Shown piece by piece: positions 1-10,900 of a DNA stretch of 64,000 nucleotides. Location: contig OZ316898.1 in the NCBI GenBank assembly GCA_973895155.1, positions 15,406,330-15,470,329 of the forward strand, in the 5' to 3' direction. The stretch comes from Marsupella aquatica (lineage: Eukaryota; Plantae; Marchantiophyta). The number at the start of each line of letters is the position of its first letter. The first letter of the stretch is position 1. The notes under the pieces were generated by a model, which was given only the letters and a program-made list of their open reading frames with translations, was not told the origin of the DNA and did no database searches. The translations under genes and the position numbers were made by a program.

Positions 1-238
1 GGATCTCTTATTTCGGAATGAAATTCAGCCTTTGACTTTGTATTTATTCATATCAATCTAAAATACTTCTCGGTCTCACAGAATGCGCTCAAGAATTACA
101 GTCTCCATATTCGTCTACACATTGTGAGGCTTCTAAAAACGGTATGTAGGTTAATTTTCTTTTTTGTCAGCCATTGTCTTGTATTTTTGGATTGAGACAA
201 TCCTAATCCAAAGTTCACTTTTGGTCTTTTCTCTGAGA

Positions 239-278
239 ATGGTGTTTGGTGCACTTGCAAAATCGAGACCTGGTCCCC
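239..278 (+). pseudogene. 5' end of FCP1/NIF-like phosphatase gene cut off by the Gypsy insertion
   Basis: ATG at 239. Removing the element and one TSD gives an in-frame join: MVFGALAKSRPGP-LKRKLLILDLNKILWDS. Confidence 0.7.
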
Positions 279-3200
279 TGTGATGCCTAGACAGGAATCA
301 CTCGGCCGGTTAAGTGGGTAAAGCAGGAAGGCACCCTAGGAACACCTTAGTATAGGGACAAAACAAGGAAAATATAAACAATTAGGGGCAACCATGGAAC
401 CCGGGCAGAGGCCGGAGGTAAGGCTGAGGGTGAAAACCCGATTAGGGTTAGGGCGCGTTAAGCGTCGGCGGCTAGGAAGGATCAACGGGAAGAAGGACCG
501 ACAGAGGAGAGGGGTAAGGAGCGCTTGCAGGAGATGGTGGCTCATTTGCGAGCACGAACTAGGCAGACGACTACGGGAGGCCAACTACTGTCAACTGCTT
601 AGGCAAGCACTCGGGGAGAGAATAGATACCGACGATCGACCTAAGGAGGGTATGAGCAACGTCAATCAAGCGGCACATTTCTGGGGATGCTTGTTCGAAC
701 GGGCAACTGAGTACATCAAGACTTACGAGGACGAGGAGTCAGAAAGGGCAGCTCGAGAACGGCAGGAGCTCGCTCGATTGTGGGAGCTGCAGAAGACGGC
801 TTTCTTAGGAGGCGAACTCATCAAGGACGAGTTCCTGTGGACGCCTACTTCCAATCAACTCGACGATCTTCTGTTTTGCAAAGACAGCGTCGTCGGCATC
901 CAAGAGGCCATCAAGAACTGCAACGACATACACTGGGAATTAAAGGGTAGCACAGAAAGGTGGACCCAGGCAACGGTGCTAGGAGAAACCTCCACGGCAG
1001 CAGAGATGAAGAGGAAGGGGGCCGTCAACGATGAAGCCACCCCGGCAAAAAGAACGAGGTCGGCGGCACCAAAGAGGCCAGCCGAGCAGCAGAGCAGGAG
1101 GCAGGGAGAAGCCGAAGAGGAGGAGGTCGATCCCATCAAGGCCATTCCAACCAGGGATGACACCTGGAAGGGCTGGGCGGCAACCCTACCGGTGGAGGTG
1201 CAACTACATTTTGCACGGGAGGAGGATGCATGCTTTACGGCCATGCAGACCAAGAAGTACCAAGGCTTCATGGCCGGATCCGGCTTAGAGGCCTTTGTAA
1301 GATTACCATGGCTGAAGCCGGAGGTACCGGAGTCAGACCTATTAGAATTCGTGGGGTCATGGGAACCCGAGACCAATTGCACGAGGATATATGGGAAGGA
1401 TTTCTATCTTACTCCCAAGGTAATTGCCGAAGTGTTTGGCTTGCCGATAGGCAATAAGACCAAAGTTGATACCAGGAAGACCTTGCCTGACAAGGAGTTC
1501 CGGTCGTTCCCCGGGCCATCAACGAAGAATGGCTTCTTCCGGAACACCTGCACCAACCCGCACATAGGAGAGATGATCGACTTCTTGCGGTTGACCATGC
1601 ATTGTAACTTGCCGAGGGCAGAGATCGGCAAGGCACAGGTATATCTGGCAGAAAGGCCAGACCCAAGCCGGGACTACAACGGGTACCTCCTCAACCAATT
1701 GAAGAAGATCTTAAAGGAGGAGCAGTAGGTAATCGGCATGGGGAGCGTGTCGCGGCTTGGCTATCACATGCCGCTGTTGTGCCGGTATGCCAGAGGTCAG
1801 ACTTTTGCCCCGGTACTTCCCCTGCAGGTAAGGGCACCCGAGGAAGCTCCAACGCCGAGGCCGTTGGCTGAGAAGCCTCAACCACCTGTTAGTCCTACGA
1901 TCGAGCAGGTGTTTAGGCCCAGGAAGGAAGACTTGCCGATGCAGCAACCAGGCATGCAGAGTCTACTGAAACTACTGGAGAAAGAAAAGAAATCGGCATC
2001 GGCAACAACAACGGCAACGGCAACAATGTAGGACACTACTACAGAGGTAGGCCTACACCGGCTCACAAGAGAAAACCCCTTTGCTGGAGACAAGGAGAGA
2101 ATCAGGCCGGAATCCAAGCCAGGTGTTCGAATGTACGTGGGAACCTCAAGCTCCGAATCTGAGGCAGAATTGCCTGAAGCTCCTACCGACGAAGAGGAGA
2201 GGGAGAAGCCGGACGTCCAAGAGGTAGAGGAGGCAGTGGAGGACTGCAGCCATGATAATTCCGGCTATGGGTCGGACCATCACGTTCCAGGAGTAAGGAC
2301 CTGTGGCCGGTTTGTCCCCACACTTCCAAGGGTAGTGCGAGGGGACCCCAACCAGCAGATTTGCCCTGAGTCTCCCCCACCAGATGTTGCTCCCCCGAGC
2401 TTCGACGGCATAAAACAGACGGTGCAGGAATTTCAGGAGCGAATCAAGCAGGAGGAGGAGGCCGCCCTGGCTAAGGAAAAGGATTTACCAGGAGGAGATT
2501 GGCCGGAGGACATCAGGCGGCTAGCCGAAAAAGGAAGCAAACCTCTAGCCACGATTGAAGAGATCCGCAGGACGGCTTGGGAGCAGAGGCCACGATGGGC
2601 GATGCCGATCACTTCTACTTACTCCACCTACGCTAAGAATAGAGCCATGGAGTATGGTGAGATGTGTGGGGAACTTGCGCTCGGCATCTTTGGAGAGGAG
2701 TTGGAGGTAGGACCCTTTTTCCATAGGGAGCAGTTGGAGAAGCACCAATTAGAAGAAGCGGTGGCTTTAGAGAGAAGCAAGAAGGACGAGGTCATTCGAC
2801 GGCTTAGGAGGATGGAAGCCGAGATTGAAGATCTAAGGGCGGCCAAGAAAGCCCAAGATGAACTGCGGATTAAACGACATGAGCTGAACATCATGCAGGG
2901 GCAGTTGGACACCGCGCAGGCTGATAATCAGAATATCAAGGATAAACTGACTCAGACGCAGGAAGAGTTGGCCGACACGATCAAAGAGAGGGAGAAGTGG
3001 AAGCAAGAGCTGAAGAATACAGAGGAGGCCCACATAACAGCCAACAGCCGGGCCATGGCGGAGACCCAAAGAAAGGAATGGGCGTTGAAAGGGGAGCTCG
3101 AGAAAATCCGCGGAGCCCTTGAGCAGAAGGAGGTCGAGTTAGGGAAATCCTATCAAGGGATTATGGCACTGCAGCAGGAGCTTGCGTCCCTGACGGCCAG

Positions 3201-4903
3201 CTTCAAGGCCGACCTAAGGGAGAAGGACGAGATGCTCGAACAGACTTACGCCAAGATGAACCAGATGGAGTCTGTCATCATTGCAGAGCTCGACAAGGAG
3301 CTAAGAGCAACCCAGGAGGAGAGGGCTACCTTGAAGAAGGAATTGGAGGAAGCCCACAGGGAGCAGGAGGAGGCCAAAAACGAGCTGGAGGGGGCACGTA
3401 AGGACCTGGATGAAACCCAAGAGGAGTTGGAGGAAATCACGAGGAAGATGGAGGACCTACAGCGGCGGGCCGACAACCAAACAGAGTGGCTGAAGAAACA
3501 AGCCGCAGTATTTAAATGCTTAGCTGCAGCAGGTCCATCTCCCGTTGGGACAAACCAGTTACCAGGGGTGGTAATTGCCGAAGGACAAGCCGCGCCACCT
3601 GCACCAGTGCCGGAAGTAAGTGGGAAGGGGAAGGGACCAGCTGCCGAGCCACCAACGAAGAAGAAGCGGAAACCTTCAGGGTCAAGGAGTAATACGACTT
3701 CACAGGCCGTGGTGATCAAGGAGGTAGACCCAGCACCGACCCCAGACAGGGTCACGGCTAGGGATCCAACTACCCTAGGGGAAGGGGAGGCCGAAGCCGA
3801 GGGAGTGGTTGAGGCCGAAGCCGTGGGTATTGCCAAGGCCGGTGTCGAGGCTGAAGCCGAAGGTGGACCCAGTCAGGCCGATGGAGAGTTGACTCAGTCA
3901 AGGGCAGGTAATCTGTCAGAGAATGAACCTACGGCAGTGGCTGAGGAGGAAGCGTTGGGGGCGTCCATGAAGGATCCACCACCGGTGTCGTGACGGTGCA
4001 AGGGCGCCGTTCCTTTTAGGGAGGGCGGATGTGGAGGGAGGAGGCGTGAGTGGGCAGGGCGGGCGCGGATCTCCACGTTTAGGATTAGGATCAGAACCAG
4101 GAGCGGCCCTGACACTTAGCTTAGTGGGATTGCGGTCCCACTGGTAGGAGCAACACTTGTGCTCCTGCCTTGCTGTACATAGGTAGATTCGGGCAAGTAG
4201 ATTACTGTTAAGTAGATTAGGCTTACGATGCAAAGAATGGCGGATCCACTACCAGGATAAGTACCTGGGCAGCGGGGAGCTCAGTAGCAAGTTTTTAGTT
4301 TGCACCAGCCGGGCTGGGATCAAGTAGTACGAGAAGCTCTCGGTTAGTCATACAGTGACCCTTGTGTATATTCATGTTTCCTCATGCCTAAGAGCTGAAT
4401 AGAGTTGGCCTCACGGCTTAGTTCGCAGAACTTGTGTATGAAATGTACTGTTTGTATGGCAAGTGCATGGTATGACTCAGTCAGAATGAGTCATTTTGCT
4501 ATTTGTGTGTCGCATTAACTTGTGTGAAGAGTGCCCACATCAACAGAAGGAAGGAAAGTAAGCAGGGGAGTGAGAGTTGGATGTGTCGAGCTGAGAGAGG
4601 TCTTAGCGGCTTAACCAAGCCTATTGGGGATCATTCCGGCGGCGGAATCCAAACATACCTAACAAGACGGAGGGGAAGACAGGGGAAGACAGGGGAAGGC
4701 CTATATTAGGCCGGCTACGTATCTCATGACCCGATGAAGGATCTGTCCAGTATATGTGTGTAAAATGTTAATAGTAGTAGTAGAAAGTTAGCAGCGTCCC
4801 ATGCCGCTAAGCCGCGGAAACGGCCTCGCCAAGCACGAAACCTGCGGGAATCGGCTTGAGCTGGGGGGTTTCTTGGGTTTAGGGAGCCATGGGACGCACC
4901 ACA
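279..4903 (+). repeat. 5' LTR (~4.6 kb)
   Basis: Starts TGTGATGCC right after the TSD, ends GCACCACA before TTTT-TGGCGCTAG (PBS). Matches 11128-15751 with roughly 25-30 differences counted by eye. Confidence 0.96.
394..3993 (+). pseudogene. LTR-encoded protein, 5' LTR copy (ancestral ~1,199 aa; plant-transposon-protein/Transposase_32-like domain plus long coiled coil), two in-frame TAG stops
   Basis: ORFs 394-1728, 1738-2031 and 2131-3993 share one frame. TAG at 1726-1728 is CAG in the 3' LTR, and TAG at 2029-2031 is CAG in the copy at 17114-19255. Motif GLEAFVRLPW...LLEFV...IYGKDFYLTPKVIAEVFGLP and an E/K/Q-rich heptad region. Start context ACCATGG. Confidence 0.85.
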
Positions 4904-4907
4904 TTTT

Positions 4908-4924
4908 TGGCGCTAGATGGAGGG
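4908..4924 (+). promoter_or_regulatory. Primer-binding site, probably tRNA-Asn(GUU)
   Basis: TGGCGCTAGATGGAGGG lies 4 nt after the LTR. It is complementary, with one mismatch, to the plant tRNA-Asn 3' end CCCTCCTTCTAGCG-CCA as I recall it. Confidence 0.75.
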
Positions 4925-4972
4925 GGCATTTCTTAAGCCGTGAGATATGAAGTTAGAACGGAAGCGTAGGTA

Positions 4973-7966
4973 ATGACTGACCTTACGCCGAGGGAAGAAA
5001 GAGTGATTCAACGGGAGAGAGCTCGACTGCAGCAGCTCGCCGGGTGGCATGATACACAGCGACTGAGAGGGGCAGAAAGAGCTGGTAGCTCCGAAACTGG
5101 AAGTGGCGTCGAAGAAGACATACCAGAAGAAGAGTCGGTAAGGAGAAGTGAGTCTCCAACCGACATGGGGGAACCAGAGGCACGGCCAGACGAGAGGCCA
5201 GGGACCAGATTGAGCCAGCGGTCGCGCATACATTACAAGGCATTTCATGGGAGAGGAGATGAGGATCCGGACGAATGGTTGGATGATTTCGAGGGAACCG
5301 CTGCAGCAAATGGAGAATCGGCCATCAAGATGCAGATTCTTCCCGGCCTGTTCAAGGGTGAGGCTAGGCCTTGGTACAGAGCATTAGATGTGGAAGATCA
5401 AGCCATCTGGGATATCTTCAAAACACTCTTTGTTAAGGAGTTTCGACCCATTGGAACTTCAGAACTAGCAGTGCTGAAGTTGGGACAACTTCGGTTCAAG
5501 GAGAACAAATCCTTCAGGAAGTTCTTGCAACGCTTTCAGAAACTGGTAAGACGTACAAAGACCAATGCATCTGAAGGTATGCAACTTCAATGGTTGGTGA
5601 ATGCTTTGCCACAGAAGATGAGTTTTGCAATTAGGAAGGAGAACCCGGAGACTTTAGCCGAAGCAATTAAGGATATTCAATTATACATTAATGCAGATAT
5701 CACAAGCCGGAAGAAACAGCTTAAGTCTGAGAGTTCCTCATCAGAGGAGGGATCACCCCATAAGAAAAAAGATAAGAAGAAGAAACATCCCAAGAAGTCT
5801 AGAAGTGATAAGTCAAGCTCGGATAGTGGGAGTAGCAAGAGTGAGTCATCTTCTAGTTCTGAAGAAGAAAAAACTAGGAAAAGGAAGGGCAGAAGGAGAG
5901 GGAAGACGAAAGTCAAGATGGAGGCTAAGCCACCAGATAACATCGTAGCCCTTACCGAGCAACTTAAGGCTATCATTGCAGAGGTAAAACCAAAGAAGAA
6001 GGTAGTACAGGAGGATAGCTCTGTATGGTGTGCCTTATGTTATAAAACCGGACACCATAAAGATGCGTGTCCTAAGCTTAATACTAATCATGTTCGGCAT
6101 GTGGCCGAGATCAGACCATGTCAGGGAGAAGTAGAGTACTTTTTGGGAGATGCCGCTGATAGTGTTTTCGGCATCAGTGAGACTGGAGCACGAGACCTAT
6201 CCAACAGACCTGCATCTCTGTGGTCAGGGTTAAGGAACAATCCAGGAGAGATGTATCCTCGGATTATTCAGAACCCGTCAGTACCTCCTAGGCCGAATGT
6301 GCAAAGATTTGCGGCGTGCTATAATTGTGGTCAACCTGGCCATTTTGCTAGAGAATGCCCGAATGCACGCAAACAGGGTGATGGACAACCAGCTCAGCTA
6401 TGTATGGGATGCCGACAGGAAGGTCATATGCTAGGGCAATGTCCTACTTGGTTGGCAGGCCTGGCCGCAAATCATAAGCTTTTGCCGATCAAGATCTTAC
6501 CGCCAGGTACTACCCCCGGAGGAGTTCAAATCAACCACATCGAACTAGGATGGCAAGAGGATGCCAAGGCAGAGTTCGTACCATCTGATGATGAGGCCGA
6601 AGCCCTATCAACCTTCTCAGAGGAGGATTTAGATCATGATTGCTACCGGGTCTCTACTCGATCTACCAGAAGGAAGGAAAGGTGGGATGGGCTGGCCAAA
6701 AATAAAGGGAAGGTTACGGAGGAAAGGATCGACTCTTCGTCAACATCAACAGAAGGAGAAGGGAGGGCTCCGGCAATACAGGTAAGCCATGAGCCCACCA
6801 GTGAAACCAATCCTTCACAAGATAGCGACTTCAATCGAGATCATCCTAAGTTGTTCTACCCCTCTGTTACGGCTAGTGTTAAGGAACAACTAAGAGAATT
6901 AGAAACCCTGGAGAATACCGAAGCCATTGCCAAGGATGTAAAACGAGCAAAAGCATTGTTTGCTTCGGAAGACCCAACAGCTGTGGAGACTAGCGTGGCA
7001 AAACTGGCCGAATCCAAGACGGAAACACCACCAGAAGAGAAGCCGATTGTTCCCTATGACCTGGCTAAAGATGTACTAGAATCTAGAGTCTCGGCAACAG
7101 TAGGTCAACTATTGAAAAATAGCCCGTACTTCCGGAAGCAATTAAGGAAGGCTATTCTCGGCAAGCCGAGATTACCCAAGGTAGCAACCAGATCCGACCT
7201 ACTAATGATAGAAGAAGATCAAGGAGCCCCAGCATTACCATTAATGATTCAAGGAGAATTATTACTACGGGTACCCATCGATGGAGGATCAGGGGTATGT
7301 ATTATGATTGATTCAACAGCAAAAGGGTGGGGTCTAACATCGGAGATGACTGGAAGAGTGTTGAACATGGCCAATGGATATCAGGTCATTCCAACGGGAG
7401 TGTTAACCGGCATCAAGACAGAGATAGGAGGTATCTTCTTTAGCATTAACTATGTAGTAATGAAGCCGGTAAATCCTACGTCATTCCGGCTATTGATTGG
7501 TAGGCCATGGCTGTACCTAGCCGAGGTAATAGAAGATTGGGGTAAAAAGTAGTTCACTTTCGGGACCCCCTCTATCACGGTATCCTGGGACACTAAGGAT
7601 GACCGTAGGAAAAGCATAAGGGAAGTAGATGGGTACGACAGTGGACTGGAGTCAGCCGATGAAGTACGTTGGTTAGAATGCCTCACTAACCTAACCGAAG
7701 AAGGTGTCTTTGGACCAGAGGTACCCCCCAGCGGATTATGGCAAGAACCAATGGAAGGTGACTTGGAAGAAGAAGACGAAGAGGTCGAGGACTGCTTTAC
7801 AATAGAATCCACCTTTTTAGCTACAATTCCGGAGGAAGTAAAGGATGTAGACCAATTGGATGAAACGGCTAAGTGGGGAGCAGTAGCAGGGACAGTGGAT
7901 TTTCTGCAGGCGTTGTGGCAGAGCCGACGGGGTCCACAACGCCATCGATCATCGGCAAGGAATTAA
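4973..7966 (+). CDS. gag: Gag-protease ORF (capsid, three CCHC zinc knuckles, aspartic protease), one in-frame TAG at 7550-7552
   Basis: FHGRGDEDPDEWL...GEARPWY gag motif. Knuckles CALCYKTGHHKDAC, CYNCGQPGHFAREC, CMGCRQEGHMLGQC. Protease IDGGSG...LLIGRPWL. The frame continues past the TAG into ORF 7751-7966. Confidence 0.9.
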
Positions 7967-10900
7967 ATACCAAGGGATCGGCATACAAGCCGATTACGAG
8001 GGCAGAACAAATTGAGGCCCTATTAGAAGCCGAGAGAGCACAACGGCCTAACTCTCAGGAGCAAGAAGTGGATGAGATGGATAGACACGATCCAGAGCCA
8101 AGGCAGGAAGGGGAGCCGACCACTAATTCAAAACCGAATAGACCAGTAAGGGGACAATCTATGGACACCAAGGAAGGGACCGACTCGGCTAGTCCAGCCG
8201 AGATCCCAGTTTATGGAGGTATGAGATTAGAGAGACTGGAAGCCGAACTGGACCCGAATTTGAAGAAGCAGATTAATATGATCCAAGCACGGCAATATCG
8301 GAAGCTCGACTTAGGAGAGGGAAGAGAACTGAACTTAGGGAGAAACCTAGCACCTGAGCTCGAGAAAGAGATCAGTGACTTATTGATTGAATTTCAGGAT
8401 GTGTTTGCATGGAGTCACCAAGATCTAAAGGGAGTAGATCCAACACTAGGGGAACATCGAATTGATCTCATGTTAGGAGCCAAATCATTTCGACAACCAA
8501 TTCGAAGGATGAACCCGAAGTATTCCCTGCTGGTCAAAACAGAAATCGACAAACTAGTGGAAGCTGGATTCATCACTCCAGTCCTGCATTCAGACTGGGT
8601 GTCTCCAATTGTGATAGTTCCCAAGAAAGCTGGACCCGATGGTAAACCCAAGATCCGGGTTTGTCAGGATTACAGGAAGCTGAATGAAGCAACATTAAAA
8701 GACCATTTTCCTTTACCGTTTACTGATATGGTACTAGACATGGTAGCCAGTCATGAACTATATTCATTCATGGATGGATACTCTGGTTATAACCAAATCA
8801 GGATTCGGCAGGAAGACCAAATCAAGACGGCCTTCATCACGGAATGGGGGATCTATGTCTTCAATCGTATGCCGTTTGGACTCTGCAACGCACCAGCTAT
8901 GTTCCAACGATTAATGGTGAACATTTTTCATGATTACTTGAGAAAGTTCATGGAAATCTTCATTGATGACTTTGCAGTATTCGGGAAGGCATCGAAACAT
9001 GCTAAATACCTCAGGAAAACCTTCATGAGATGTAGGGAGGTGGGTCTCAAGTTACACCCAGATAAATGTTTTTTTGCAGTAACCGAGGGGGTGCTACTAG
9101 GTCACAAGGTATCAAGGAAGGGCATTGAGATTGACAAAGGTAAGCTAGCAGTATGGCTAGATATCATGCAACCTAAGAACATAAAGGATGTAAGATCCTT
9201 CTTGGGATGCATTGGTTACTATCGCCGGTTCATCAAGGATTTTGCCAAGCTGGCTTTACCATTAACCAATATGCTCAAGGCAGGAGCAGACTTCGAACCC
9301 ACACCCGAACGAGTCACAGCGGTGGTAGAATTGAAGCAGATGTTAGTAGAGGCCCCAGTCATGATAGCACCGGACTGGAACAAAGATTTTCATGTTTTTG
9401 TAGATGTCTCGGGCTTCTGTATTGGCTCAGTACTAAGTCAGTTGGATGAGAAAGGAAGGGACCATCCCATATACTTCGCAAGCCGTCAGCTTGCCGATGC
9501 CGAACGGAACTACTCTACCACGGAAAGAGAAGCATTAGGAGTCATTTATTCTTGTAAAAAGTTTAGGCATTATTTACTAGGGTACAAGGTAATCTTTCAT
9601 ACTGATCATGAAAGTTTAAAGTACCTAGTCAATAAGCCGGACCTTACAGGCAGAGTAGCAAGATGGATTTTGCTATTACAGGAGTTTGACTATGAGCTGA
9701 GGATCAAGCCGGGAAAGTTACATGCCAATGCCGACTTCTTTTCAAGGATCACAGGTAAACCTGCCACGGATTGCATCGATGATCGATTCCCCGACGAGGA
9801 GCTATTCGTTGTGGAAATAGCTGGTACATGGTACCCTGAGATTTTACAATTTCTCAGCACTTCCAGATTACAGCCAGGATTAAGCCGAGAGCAAGCCGCA
9901 GTCTTTGTGCGGAAGGTCAGACAGTATCAGTGCATTAAAGGCATACTGCACAAGCATGGAATCAACGACACGATTCAAAGATGTTTGGAAAAGATAGAGG
10001 TAAAACGAGTCCTACGGGCCATGCATGGAGAGGAGGCCGGAGGACATTTTGCCCCAGTAACCACGTCTAAGAAGATATTAAATGTCGGTTACTGGTGGCC
10101 CACCTTGCACAAAGATGTCTATCAGTTTATCAAACAATGCGATCCTTGTCAACGAGCGGGAGGACCAAGGGCGTCCACCAGGCATCCACTGCACCCTATT
10201 CTACCTCTGGCACCATTCGAGAAGTGGGGTATTGATTACATTGGACCTCTGAAACCACTGACCCACCCTCGACGGAACAAGTACATAATCCTGGCTACGG
10301 ATTATGCAACTAAATGGGTAGAGGCCAGACCAACAACGAAGGATGATGCAATTACTACGGCTAGATTCATGTATGAGCAGATCTTCACCAGGTATGGAGC
10401 ACCCCTAGAATTAGTTAGTGATAGAGGAACCCATTTTTTGAATGATATAATTAGTCGTTTAAATGAGCAGTATTTAGTTAAACATAGGCCTACTACTCCC
10501 TACCATCCAAAGGCAAACGGGTTGACAGAACGAGCAAACGGAATCATAGGAAAGATATTGAACAAGACAGTAGCTCAGAACAAACTCGATTGGGATGATA
10601 AATTGTTTGCTGCTGTTTTTGCTTACAATCTTGCCTATAAATCCACTACCGGTCATACACCCTTCTTCTTAACCTTTGAACAAGAAGCCCTGGTACCCAT
10701 GCAACTTGAGATACCGACATTTCAAGTTACAATTGAGGAAAGAGCCTCAGCGGAGGAGAGCCTAAAGGAGCGAGAATATAGGTTAGAAGCTTTAGAGGAA
10801 GCGAGAATGATTTCAGCCGAGAGAGTAGAATATAGACAGAATATCATGAAGCAGCAGTATGATAAAAGGTTAAAAGTAGTTAGTATTCATACCGGTGATC

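Noticed and set aside
442-453. TTAGGGTTAGGG telomere-like motif in the LTR
   Set aside because: Only two units, inside coding sequence (RLGLGR); not an interstitial telomere array.
855-3836. Antisense ORFs over the LTR gene (e.g. 855-1382, 3246-3836) and their duplicates
   Set aside because: Shadow frames of a charged, purine-rich coding strand, with no recognisable motifs.
394-3993. LTR ORF as an envelope (env-like) gene
   Set aside because: No signal peptide or transmembrane stretch is visible. The protein is charged and coiled-coil with NLS-like motifs.
4031-4903. Apparent absence of differences between the two LTRs in their last ~870 bp
   Set aside because: Compared by eye only, with few expected differences; an alignment is needed before invoking conversion or selection.
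7550-7552. Programmed stop-codon readthrough after the protease
   Set aside because: The context TAG TTC lacks the CARYYA signal, and CAG-to-TAG changes occur elsewhere in this element. A mutation is more likely; other copies are needed to exclude readthrough.
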